Below are positions 10,796 to 19,585 of a stretch of DNA of 64,000 bases, piece after piece. The notes under the pieces are model-generated. The model saw nothing but the letters and a program-made list of their open reading frames with translations, was not told the origin of the DNA and did no database searches. The translations under genes and the position numbers were made by a program. Source of the stretch: an uncultured archaeon (GTDB taxonomy: Archaea > Thermoproteota > EX4484-205 > JAAOZP01); assembly GCA_938045545.1 (NCBI GenBank), contig CALIBN010000006.1:62246-126245 (forward strand), given 5' to 3'. Every line of letters starts with the position of its first letter. Within the stretch, counting starts at the first letter, position 1.

Positions 10796-10853
10796 CTTGT
10801 TTCTAAACACCCGTCTCACGATTTAAATATTGCTCACGTTTTTCAGAAACAAG
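10796..10853. promoter_or_regulatory. Symmetric bidirectional promoter CTTGTTTCT-N16-ATTTAAAT-N16-AGAAACAAG
   Basis: A 9-bp perfect inverted repeat shares its dyad axis with the palindromic TATA-like ATTTAAAT (10821-10828). Start codons lie about 30 bp to either side. Confidence 0.6.
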
Positions 10854-10856
10854 GCT

Positions 10857-11879
10857 ATGAGTAGAAAGGATGAGAAAATCAGGGTTCTAATAACGATACC
10901 TAGAGCCCTCTACAAGAAGGTCTCAAGGGTTGAAGACGAGGAGACGCTTAAGTCTTTTTCAGAATGCGTTTTCAACCCATTGGACAGGAATCTTACCGAG
11001 GAGGAGCTGTCACAGCTCATAGTTGACGTAGACGGGTGTATTACAAGCTGGGGCTCTCCAAGGTTCACCGAAGCAGTTTTGAATAACGCTAACAGGCTTA
11101 AAATCATTGGCCACGCTGCTGGAAGCGTTAAACCCTACGTGACAGACGAGGTTTTCAAGAAAGGAATAGTGGTTGTTAACGCTGCTTCAACAATAGCCAA
11201 ACCCGTGGCGGAGTTTACCCTCGCGATGATTCTGAACTGTTTAAGGGGAATACCGAAGTATGTTGAAGCAATGAGTAGAAGAGCCTGGAGCTATAGGGAT
11301 CAGAAGAGCTTTACGACTTATGATTTGAGAGGGAAGACGGTGGGAATAATAGGGTTTGGCGCTGTTGCCAGTGAATTGGTGAAACTGCTTAAACCGTTCG
11401 AAGTCGACGTGATTGTACACGACCCATATGTGGAGCCCAGCCAAGCTGCTGCATGCGGTGTTAGGAAGGCTGATTTAAACGGGCTGCTTTCACGTTCAGA
11501 CGTGGTTACTCTCCATGCTGCTTCAACCCCGGAGACCCGTCACATGATTGGCGAGAAAGAGTTGAGACTGATGAAGCCTACAGCCTACCTGATAAACACG
11601 TCCAGAGGTGCCCTCATAGATGAGAACGCCCTGGTTAAAGCTTTAAAGGAGAAATGGATTGCGGGGGCTGCTCTGGATGTTTTTGAACAGGAGCCTTTGG
11701 AAACCAGTAGTCCACTGTACGACTTGGAGAACGTGTTTTTAACACCCCATGTGGCAGGAGGGTCTGATGAGAGTATGAGAAATTTGTTCGGCACTATCGT
11801 CGAGGATTTTAAAAGATTCTTTTCAGGAGAGAAGCCTGTCAACACAGTGCTATACGAGAGGCTTAAAGTTCTTGCCTGA
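10857..11879 (+). CDS. D-isomer-specific 2-hydroxyacid dehydrogenase
   Basis: GIIGFGAVA Rossmann motif, INTSRG, LDVFEQEP, TPHVAG. ATG 10857 preferred over TTG 10830. Confidence 0.92.
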   Translation: MSRKDEKIRVLITIPRALYKKVSRVEDEETLKSFSECVFNPLDRNLTEEELSQLIVDVDGCITSWGSPRFTEAVLNNANRLKIIGHAAGSVKPYVTDEVFKKGIVVVNAASTIAKPVAEFTLAMILNCLRGIPKYVEAMSRRAWSYRDQKSFTTYDLRGKTVGIIGFGAVASELVKLLKPFEVDVIVHDPYVEPSQAAACGVRKADLNGLLSRSDVVTLHAASTPETRHMIGEKELRLMKPTAYLINTSRGALIDENALVKALKEKWIAGAALDVFEQEPLETSSPLYDLENVFLTPHVAGGSDESMRNLFGTIVEDFKRFFSGEKPVNTVLYERLKVLA

Positions 11880-11995
11880 GGTTTTTGAACCGAGTGAAAC
11901 ATTCGACAGCGTCATTTTATGCAAGCATATTATTCCTCATAGAAAAAATAAACACTTAAATAAGAAAACAGGATAAACAAACTGTAAACCAGTTA

Positions 11996-12685
11996 ATGAG
12001 AAAAGGATTGGATGCAGAAGACGTTGCGACCTCAATCTTGGAGAAGCTCGGCTACACGGTTTTAGAAAAAAGGAAGCCTATAGTAGTTGGAGGAGTGAAG
12101 GTTGCCGAGATAGATCTGATGGCAAGAGACCAGGAGGGGGATGTTTTAGCGGTTGAGGTTAAGTCTGGAAAGGCCTCAGTCACGGATGTTAGACAGGTTT
12201 TCAGCAACTCCAAGCTTTTAAAGGTCAAGCCGCTGCTAGTCTGCAAAGGCTTTTCAGACGCTTCAGCGCTCAGCCTCGCCAGCGAGCTGGGAGTCAGATA
12301 TATCCTTCTACCAGAGTACTATCTTCTCACGTTTGAAGATTTCAAAGAGGTTTCCAGAGAGATTATACATGACTTGTTAACGCTTTACTTCTCAGCGGAG
12401 GTTCAAGAAATCAGTAGTGAAGAGGAGAAAATAGTTGAGGCCGTTGCTCGTTCAAACAGCTTTACTGAAGCCTCGGGAAGGCTGAATGTTTCAGAAGAGG
12501 AGCTTGGCAGAATGGTTTCCAGCATGAGTATTTTCAGGCCTTCGGACAGGCAGAGCTTCAGCCAACTTAGGCTTAGAGCAATGCTTGTTAAAAGCAGGCT
12601 TAAAGAGAAGAGGCTTGTTGAAAACATTGAGCGTAGACTTGATGCTCTGGAAAAAAAGATAAATGGTTTGAAGGATAAAAAATAA
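11996..12685 (+). CDS. PD-(D/E)XK nuclease (YraN/Hjc/Mrr-like) with C-terminal helical region
   Basis: GLDAEDVA..LEKLGY...EIDLMA...AVEVKSG catalytic motifs. Confidence 0.75.
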   Translation: MRKGLDAEDVATSILEKLGYTVLEKRKPIVVGGVKVAEIDLMARDQEGDVLAVEVKSGKASVTDVRQVFSNSKLLKVKPLLVCKGFSDASALSLASELGVRYILLPEYYLLTFEDFKEVSREIIHDLLTLYFSAEVQEISSEEEKIVEAVARSNSFTEASGRLNVSEEELGRMVSSMSIFRPSDRQSFSQLRLRAMLVKSRLKEKRLVENIERRLDALEKKINGLKDKK

Positions 12686-12694
12686 GGGATTATT

Positions 12695-13375
12695 TTACCC
12701 GAGCTTCCTGTGGCAGAACCACCAGTCGAAGCACTCGAATTCACCTGCTTTCGCCTTCTCGAGACGGGTTTTCGCCGTTTCCACGTCTCTGGCAGGTGGG
12801 ATTATCACATGATCCTTAATCAGCTCGTTGTTAGGCCAGTCCGCCGGCATCGCTACACCATTCTTGTCCGATATCTGCATCGCCTCAACGATCCTAACAA
12901 TCTCATCCATATTCCTCCCCAGCTCCTGAGGATAGTAGAGGATTATGCGTATCTTTCCCCTGTCGTCGACCACGAATACGGCTCTAACGGTATTCGTCCC
13001 TTTCCCAGGGTGGATAAGACCCAGCTTCTCAGCAACCTCGCCGGTGTCAGCTATTATCGGAAACCTTATCTCTACGCCCAGTTTCTCCCTTATCCACTCC
13101 ATCCATTTTATGTGTGAGAAAACCTGGTCTACGCTTAGGCCGATTAACTCGCAGTTTAACGCTTTAAACTTGTCATACCTTTTCTGGAAGGCTACAAACT
13201 CCGTTGTGCAGACTGGAGTGAAGTCTGCAGGATGGCTGAACAGCACGAACCATTTCCCTGCAAAAGCCTTAGGTAGCTCTATAACTCCGTGCGTCGTTTG
13301 AACCTTTATTTCTGGAAAATCGTCCCCTAGGAGAGGCATGCTCCTTCTTTTAATCTCCATAGTTTTTTCTTCCAT
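12695..13375 (-). CDS. Peroxiredoxin (archaeal Prx6-type)
   Basis: [22 protein letters not shown] and C-terminal CFDWWFC. Confidence 0.95.
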   Translation of the reverse strand: MEEKTMEIKRRSMPLLGDDFPEIKVQTTHGVIELPKAFAGKWFVLFSHPADFTPVCTTEFVAFQKRYDKFKALNCELIGLSVDQVFSHIKWMEWIREKLGVEIRFPIIADTGEVAEKLGLIHPGKGTNTVRAVFVVDDRGKIRIILYYPQELGRNMDEIVRIVEAMQISDKNGVAMPADWPNNELIKDHVIIPPARDVETAKTRLEKAKAGEFECFDWWFCHRKLG

Positions 13376-13801
13376 TCAACAATGCCTTGTTTTGCCGATA
13401 TATAAGTTTTTCCAAAATTTCGAATCTGCGATACTTATTCTAGGCAATCCAGTTGATAGATATTTTTCCAGGAGCATTCCTCCCATTCACATCGAAAAGC
13501 TTCTAACAATTCATATTCTTCCTAATTTACTTTAGTGAGAAGGGCCTCTTCCCTGAGTGCGGTTTATCAGTTTCCCATCATCTATGCCAGAGCGCCAGAG
13601 ACCCCGTGAAAAATCCTATTTCTGTAAGCGTAATGGTAATTTCGCAAGGACATCAAAAATAATTTTTCACGCAATCAAAGGTTTATTCCAAGCTTTCCGA
13701 ATCATAAAGTCACAATCCAATATTCATCTTTTATACAAATCTCAAATACTGTTCCCCATATTTCTCCAGAGTAGTTACGCGAAGCTCAATAAGTGTTTTA
13801 C

Positions 13802-14356
13802 CTAATCAATTCTCAAGACATGGTTAAATCTACTCATCAACATATCCAGTAGCCTTTTCTCTTTTTCAGAAATCCCTGAGCCTTTATCGTCCATTAGAGA
13901 TTTATTGTAATATGAGTTTGCGACAACAGTGTTGGATAATTCTAGGCATTCGATTATTTTAAAAACGTTGCCAGAGTGCAAATAGATTGAGAGATCATTA
14001 ATTAAGAGAATTGGCGTAAGTTTCATTAAAAATTCTTCAATCAGGGGTTCAATCATCATTCTGTTAAACTCTGCAAGACTGAGAACTTCCTCTTTACTTT
14101 TGCCTTCTATTCTCGGAGCTCTTATTATCTGCGGTATCAAATATCTGACTTTGAAAACTTTAGGAGTATAGGAAGAAATCCTGCCTCCTACTCCTGGCAC
14201 GGTTGTGGGCGACATGTCTATTACTGTTATATCGCTAGGTGAAACTTTTTCAAGAAGCCTATCTAGTATTTCTGCAGTAATTTTTGTTTTACCACTACCC
14301 ATCTTTCCAAGTATCAATATCTTTCTTCCTAAAACGTCTTGAATAATATTATTCAA
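13802..14356 (-). CDS. Small P-loop NTPase of unknown function, last gene of the thiDN-thiW operon
   Basis: Walker A GKMGSGKT and Walker B-like ILLIND. TTG 14356 overlaps the thiW stop (ATTGAATAA). Confidence 0.75.
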   Translation of the reverse strand: MNNIIQDVLGRKILILGKMGSGKTKITAEILDRLLEKVSPSDITVIDMSPTTVPGVGGRISSYTPKVFKVRYLIPQIIRAPRIEGKSKEEVLSLAEFNRMMIEPLIEEFLMKLTPILLINDLSIYLHSGNVFKIIECLELSNTVVANSYYNKSLMDDKGSGISEKEKRLLDMLMSRFNHVLRID

Positions 14357-14894
14357 TGTCCTTAAGAGCACCTACTTTATCTAAAGCCAAGGCTAATAAT
14401 ATTCCAATAATGCATCCACTCACAGAGCTTAACGCCCATCCCAGATACAGAGGCAGCAGTGCACCAAACCTTGATTGCAAAACTGCTCCGAAGAAAGGAT
14501 CAACTATATACCATGAAACAGTACCACCTATGAAAACTGTCCCTACCGGCTCTCCTAATGACGCAAGAACAATTGCCCTTCTAATTTCAAACCTCTTCTT
14601 AAGTAGGATGTATAAAAATCCAACGACCAGTCCTCCTGGGATCCCGCCGGGATAAGCAAAAACCGTTCCCAATCCAAGCATTATTCGTAAAGTACCGACA
14701 ATAATTGCACAGAGAGAAGCCCACAATGGGCCAACCATTATCCCGGCTAAAACATTGATCACATGTTGACCTGGAAAAGCCTTTGTTGGACCCCATTGGA
14801 ACCATGCTACTGGAGAAACAGCTAAAGCAATAGCTGAAAACAATGCTGAGAGCACGAGCTTCCTTAAAGACTTGCCTTTAATCGTTTTAATCAC
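14349..14894 (-). CDS. thiW: ECF S-component ThiW (thiazole/thiamine precursor uptake)
   Basis: KAFPGQHVINVLAGIMVGP, LRIMLGLGTVFAYPG, GEPVGT; coupled to thiDN. Confidence 0.88.
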   Translation of the reverse strand: MIKTIKGKSLRKLVLSALFSAIALAVSPVAWFQWGPTKAFPGQHVINVLAGIMVGPLWASLCAIIVGTLRIMLGLGTVFAYPGGIPGGLVVGFLYILLKKRFEIRRAIVLASLGEPVGTVFIGGTVSWYIVDPFFGAVLQSRFGALLPLYLGWALSSVSGCIIGILLALALDKVGALKDIE

Positions 14895-16251
14895 CCAATT
14901 CGGAAGCTATCATTAATACTTTAGTAGCTACTTCAACAGCGTTTCTGCCAAGTATTCTTACCATTGGTTCTTTGCCAACATCCCCCAGGTCGTATATTAC
15001 GTCCGGTATTTTTCCAGCATTTTCAATGGCTTTTCCAACACCCCATGGTAGGCTTTCCCCCTCCTTAGCTTTAACTTCTTCAGGCTCTTTTCTTCTGTCA
15101 AAAGATGAAACTGTTAACTTCAATGATTTACATGCTTCAACTATCTCACTAGAGTATTTTATATTCATGGCTGCTCTCCACTCCTCTTCATACTCCATCA
15201 CCTTCAAAACTACTCTGGCTACGTGTGAAGAAGCACCGAACTCGGGGCCTCTAATAGCAAGTATCCTGTCCCCTAATTTAATAAGTCTCCCAGGTATTCC
15301 AGCCACATCTGATACGGAATTGGCATACCGCTTGGGTAAGGCCATGACTATGTTGCTTCCAACCTCAGGAATCAGCTTCGCAATTTCTGATGACTCCAGC
15401 ATCTTTACAGCCTTAGACAAATTCTCAATGACTCTGTATTTTTCGGCATCCCTCTCCATCCATGCTGTCGGATTAACTGGCCCATGTCCCTTGCCAATGT
15501 TTAAACCATATTCTATGGCGAGCTGGATGAATTTTTTAGCCTCTTCTAAGGCTTCCATAATGTTCTTGCCTTTAGCAAGCCCTGCGGCAATTGCTGCAGA
15601 GAAGCTACATCCTGTTCCATGCGTATTCCTCGTATCAATCCTGCTGCCATGCAGTTCATGAAACTCTCCGCCACTGTAAACTATGTCAACAGCTTCTTTG
15701 TTTTTCTCCAAATGGCCTCCTTTAACGACGACTGCCCTAGGACCTAATTCGGCGATCCTTTCAGCAGCAGCCTGCATATCGTCCAGTTTTGAAATTTTCA
15801 ACCCGCTTAAAACCTCGGCCTCGAATATGTTTGGAGTAACTACTGTTGCCACGGGTAAAAGCGTCTTCTTCACAGATTCCTCAGCCTCAGGCTTGAGCAA
15901 GCGGGCCCCGCTTTTAGCAACCATTACCGGATCCACAACCAACGGAAAACCGTATTCTCGGACCTTTTTCGCAACTAGTTCTATTACCTCTTTTCTATGA
16001 AGCATGCCTGTCTTAGCAGCATCTATACCGATGTCTTCGAAGACGACATCTATCTGTTTTTCCACAATGCTTAGCTCCACATCCTGTATGGCAAAGACGC
16101 CAACAGTATTCTGTGCAGTTATTGCCGTTAATGCCACGGTTCCATGTACCCCCATAACAGAGAATGTTTTAAGGTCAGCCTCTATTCCTGCCCCCCCACC
16201 AGAATCGCTTCCAGCTATAGTCATAGCAACAGGAATCCTCTTAGCCTTCAT
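14887..16251 (-). CDS. thiDN: Bifunctional HMP/HMP-P kinase and thiamine-phosphate synthase (ThiD-ThiN)
   Basis: ThiD motifs [31 protein letters not shown]; ThiN motifs [25 protein letters not shown]. Confidence 0.95.
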   Translation of the reverse strand: MKAKRIPVAMTIAGSDSGGGAGIEADLKTFSVMGVHGTVALTAITAQNTVGVFAIQDVELSIVEKQIDVVFEDIGIDAAKTGMLHRKEVIELVAKKVREYGFPLVVDPVMVAKSGARLLKPEAEESVKKTLLPVATVVTPNIFEAEVLSGLKISKLDDMQAAAERIAELGPRAVVVKGGHLEKNKEAVDIVYSGGEFHELHGSRIDTRNTHGTGCSFSAAIAAGLAKGKNIMEALEEAKKFIQLAIEYGLNIGKGHGPVNPTAWMERDAEKYRVIENLSKAVKMLESSEIAKLIPEVGSNIVMALPKRYANSVSDVAGIPGRLIKLGDRILAIRGPEFGASSHVARVVLKVMEYEEEWRAAMNIKYSSEIVEACKSLKLTVSSFDRRKEPEEVKAKEGESLPWGVGKAIENAGKIPDVIYDLGDVGKEPMVRILGRNAVEVATKVLMIASELGD

Positions 16252-16271
16252 CTCTTATGCAAGCCGAAGTA

Positions 16272-16291
16272 AACATGTTTATAAACATGTT
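16272..16291. promoter_or_regulatory. Perfect 20-bp palindrome AACATGTTTATAAACATGTT over the divergent TATA box (candidate operator)
   Basis: Exact dyad centred on TTTATAAA, between thiDN and the HTH pseudogene. Confidence 0.7.
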
Positions 16292-16306
16292 GGCAACGTA
16301 TTTTTT

Positions 16307-16698
16307 ATGAAAACGCTTACGAGTACGTTATAAAAAGCTACTTGCCTCAGTTGAGAGCGAGGATAGTTAGAGAGCTCATCGAGTCTCACGGTTGGAGTAT
16401 AACGAGTGCAGTTAAGGCAATAGGGATCTCCTCGACTGCAGCCGCAAAGTACAAGAGGATAATAGCGACATCAAGCGGTTATTATAGCATAAGTTTAGAT
16501 TCGTTCTCGAGAAGCTTTGCCGAGAGAATATTGAAAAACGAGCTTACGCCAAGCAGTTTCATAGAAGAAGTGTGCTTAAAGTGCATTTAGGAAAGAGCGA
16601 GAGGAAGCATTTGTAAGCTTCACAGAAAAGTTCAACCACAGCTTGAAAGCTGTAGAAGTTGTTTCAAAGTATTTCAGAAAATGACTGAGCGCGCATAG
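16307..16698 (+). pseudogene. Archaeal HTH regulator (COG2522-like, resembling the ThiR N-terminal domain), disrupted
   Basis: MKT[frameshift][38 protein letters not shown]...CLKCI*ERARGSICKLH...CRSC; 1-bp deletion near 16316 and an in-frame TAG at 16588. Confidence 0.7.
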
Positions 16699-16756
16699 GA
16701 AGTATGTCAAGCGTAATGGCGTTTTTATGCTTGATGTCTGGAAAGCTCGAAAATAC

Positions 16757-17719
16757 TCACCAGCCTTTTAAAGCAGCCTCCTTTAAGACCCCGGCTGGAG
16801 GGTTTAACCCTGCCTCTCTAAAAGCTATTAAAAGTGCGCCCACGGCAGGAGGGTATGCCGGTCTTTTAACATTAATCTTACCGTATTCTAATGAAAGGTG
16901 CTTCCTAATTCTTCTAGCCAGGATGTCCGAATGATGGTTAAACATTCCCCCTACAAGGTAAATGTTCAACTCGTCTCCACGGGTCAGCTTCATCTTTCTA
17001 GCCACAGCCAACACGCCTCTCGAGAGGGATTTCGCAGCATCCTCAATTATGCACCTGGCAACCACATCGCCTTTCTCAGCCTCAGCCTTAACTATTTTCG
17101 CGAAGAGCGCTATACGCTCCTTCCTCATCTCGTGGACACGCCTAGCCAATTCCTCCATACTCCTGGCTTTAAAGAAACTTTTAGCCTCCTCCTCAAGGCT
17201 CGTCCTACTTCCCCTTCCATCGTAAGACTGGAATGCTGCTCTCAAAGCCTCGATGGAAACAGAGTATGCCCCACCCTCATCGTTGAAAACGTGGCCCCAT
17301 CCTCCTGCTCTGAAAAATGAGCCTCCCGACACTCCTACAACAACCGAGCCTGTTCCAACCACGACTATAATACCCTGCTCCCCCAACCCTAAGCAGGCTG
17401 CTGCAGCAGCCTCAACATCGCTTTTGACCAGGATTTTACCAGCCCTAATCCTGTTTCGAAACAGTTTTTCAAGCATTCTCCTTGCTGTCCAGGCTCCCGA
17501 AAGACATAGTGCTACAACTTCAGCCTCGACGCACCCGAGTTTCCCCAGGGCTCCGTTAAACGCTCTCACCACTGAAAGCAGAGTTGTTTCAGGGCCTGCT
17601 GAAAGAATGTTTGACGGCCCGGATTTGCATGCGGCAACACGCCAACTGCCGGTTTCAACGGCCAGACACCTTGTTGAGCTCGCACCCCCGTCTACACCGG
17701 CTACAACAATGCGTTTCAA
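16757..17719 (-). CDS. BadF/BadG/BcrA/BcrD-family amino-sugar kinase (MurK-like GlcNAc/MurNAc kinase)
   Basis: GVDGGASST, VGTGS and RAGGWGHVFNDEGG motifs; start overlaps the namZ stop. Confidence 0.85.
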   Translation of the reverse strand: MKRIVVAGVDGGASSTRCLAVETGSWRVAACKSGPSNILSAGPETTLLSVVRAFNGALGKLGCVEAEVVALCLSGAWTARRMLEKLFRNRIRAGKILVKSDVEAAAAACLGLGEQGIIVVVGTGSVVVGVSGGSFFRAGGWGHVFNDEGGAYSVSIEALRAAFQSYDGRGSRTSLEEEAKSFFKARSMEELARRVHEMRKERIALFAKIVKAEAEKGDVVARCIIEDAAKSLSRGVLAVARKMKLTRGDELNIYLVGGMFNHHSDILARRIRKHLSLEYGKINVKRPAYPPAVGALLIAFREAGLNPPAGVLKEAALKGW

Positions 17720-18864
17720 CCGTAGAGAAGAACCCTTCTGACCCTAGCTTTAAACCTTTTCTGCTCGTCTCTCAGTCTCAAAACAATCTCTTCGACGCTA
17801 ACGCCGTTTAAGATGTTTCTCCTGACCTTGCTGTCGCCGAGCAGCCTATCCATCTTCCCGTGTTCAACTTCTAACTCCCTCGGGTGAACCTCTAGCACAG
17901 TTTGAAGGATGTTGACCCCAACCTGGAAAGGCTTAATCTTCCTCTGGTCTTCCACCACAAGGTGGATCCCTCTGCAAACCTTTCCCTCGTGTTTGGAAGA
18001 GGAAGGGATGAACCTGGTCTCCATGAGGAGGCAATCTTTACCCAGCTTACGTCTCAACACGGGGGCGACCTCCGCTGATTTAAACCATGGAGCACCGAAG
18101 ACTTCAAAAGGCTTGTATGTTCCCCTGCCTTCAGAAAGGTTTGTAGCCTCCAGAAGAACCATCCCGGAATAGAGTAGCGCGGCAACCGGCGTCGGTATTG
18201 CGGGCGAAGGATAAACCCAGGGCAGGCCCGTGTCGCAGAAGTACATCATCCTGCTCCATCCTGAAAGCCTCACCACCAAGGGGGGTTTCAAGCCCTTTTC
18301 GAAAGCATAGAGGAGAGCCAGCTCGCCGGGAGTCATGCCGTATCTAAGGGGAACGTAATACGGTCCAACGAAGGATTCAAGCCCCTTTTTTAAAACAGGG
18401 CCCTCCACGGTGAGACCACCCAGTGGGTTAGGCCTGTCGAGAATCATGAAGCCGACGCTGTTCTTCGACGCCTCCTCTAAACAGTTTAGCATCGTGGATA
18501 TGTAAGTGTATGTTCTGCATCCAACGTCTTGAATATCGTAGATCAGCAGGTCTAGCTCCTTAAGCGTCTCGACACTGGGCTTTCTCCGCGTGCCGTATAG
18601 GCTTTGAACACTAACCCCGTTTAAAGAAAGTTTTTCAGACTCCACTGGCTCACCGGCACCGTAGGCTCCCCAAAGCCCGTGTTCAGGAGTAAAGATGGTT
18701 TTAACACGTATCCCTTTTTCTAAGAGCCGTATGTAAGACGGGTCTAATCTTCTCGTCACCGAAGTATGGTTTACGATAAGCCCTATGTTTAGACGGGAAA
18801 GCCTTTCAAGCAGTTTTCTCCTCTCGAGAAGGACGTCCAGCCCCGGCTTAACCCTGCTTGCCAA
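17716..18864 (-). CDS. namZ: Exo-beta-N-acetylmuramidase NamZ (DUF1343/GH171), no signal peptide
   Basis: NHTS, FTPEHG, SLYG, DIQDVGCRTYTY, LDRPNP, RYGMTPGELA, PSPAIP, NLSEGRGT. Confidence 0.92.
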   Translation of the reverse strand: MASRVKPGLDVLLERRKLLERLSRLNIGLIVNHTSVTRRLDPSYIRLLEKGIRVKTIFTPEHGLWGAYGAGEPVESEKLSLNGVSVQSLYGTRRKPSVETLKELDLLIYDIQDVGCRTYTYISTMLNCLEEASKNSVGFMILDRPNPLGGLTVEGPVLKKGLESFVGPYYVPLRYGMTPGELALLYAFEKGLKPPLVVRLSGWSRMMYFCDTGLPWVYPSPAIPTPVAALLYSGMVLLEATNLSEGRGTYKPFEVFGAPWFKSAEVAPVLRRKLGKDCLLMETRFIPSSSKHEGKVCRGIHLVVEDQRKIKPFQVGVNILQTVLEVHPRELEVEHGKMDRLLGDSKVRRNILNGVSVEEIVLRLRDEQKRFKARVRRVLLYG

Positions 18865-18865
18865 A

Positions 18866-19579
18866 CTACTCGCCCAGGAGGCTTTTCCTCCTTATCCTCT
18901 TAACACCCCAGTCTCCGAAGGTCATGAACGCTTCAGCGTATTGGAAACCGACTTCAAGCCCTCTGATCCTTTTTAAGCAGGAATAGTAATCAACGTAGTT
19001 GAACCCGCTGTACTTTCCAGATGTAAAATCGTAAGTCTTAATCACATCCAAATATTTTTCGAAAACACTGCCGACGTCAACGTACACCTCCGGCTGGAAG
19101 CCCTGCGGGTCCTCCCAGTTCTCAGGATAGTAAAGCTCAACCGACCTACTGTGCCTCCCCTCCGCCCTCTGCTCTCCCGTGAAGCTTTCGAAAGCCTGTA
19201 TGGCTAGAAGGTGGCACGCAAGATGATCAGGATGATAGCTTCCCTTCCAGTGAATCAGAACCGCGTCAGGCATGAACTCTGAAAGAGCCTTATACATTTT
19301 CTGCTTAACCTCCTCCGCATCGTAGGGAACGCCCTCCACGCAACCCAGGAAACCCACTTCAGCATCCAGCTTCCTAGACGCTTCTAAAGCCTGCTTAACC
19401 CTTGTTTCAGCATACTCCTCAGCAGATAACCCTGGCGGACGAGCCCATTTTCCAGAAGGCTTAAACATGTGGAGTATTAGACATCTTCCCCCCTCCTCAG
19501 CGTTTCTCAGAATCGACCCGCCCGCTGTGATTTCAACATCCCCAGTGTGGGCGCTAAACGCTAGTATTTTAATGCCCAA
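18866..19579 (-). CDS. PIG-L/LmbE family N-acetyl-sugar deacetylase
   Basis: SAHTGDVE (variant of HPDD), HPDH, VYVDV...RG...G..YAEAF. Confidence 0.85.
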   Translation of the reverse strand: MGIKILAFSAHTGDVEITAGGSILRNAEEGGRCLILHMFKPSGKWARPPGLSAEEYAETRVKQALEASRKLDAEVGFLGCVEGVPYDAEEVKQKMYKALSEFMPDAVLIHWKGSYHPDHLACHLLAIQAFESFTGEQRAEGRHSRSVELYYPENWEDPQGFQPEVYVDVGSVFEKYLDVIKTYDFTSGKYSGFNYVDYYSCLKRIRGLEVGFQYAEAFMTFGDWGVKRIRRKSLLGE

Positions 19580-19585
19580 CGTTGG

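Noticed and set aside
11996-12685. PD-(D/E)XK nuclease as an anti-viral defence system
   Set aside because: No methyltransferase, ATPase or other defence partner is adjacent, and it resembles a common stand-alone archaeal family.
13376-13801. AT-rich spacer downstream of the thi operon as an ncRNA or riboswitch
   Set aside because: No TPP-riboswitch consensus or stable hairpin recognised, and it lies 3' of the operon. Probably decayed coding DNA.
14972-16333. Long plus-strand ORFs opposite thiDN, and similar antisense ORFs throughout the track
   Set aside because: They are Ser/Pro/Thr-rich shadow frames of well-supported genes and carry no motifs.
9604-16590. In-frame TAG codons (9604, 9754, 16588) as possible pyrrolysine or amber recoding
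   Set aside because: They co-occur with frameshifts in clearly decayed genes. Many intact genes here end in TAG at the expected length (for example iscS, 1 bp before the iscU ATG), and no pyl genes are visible.
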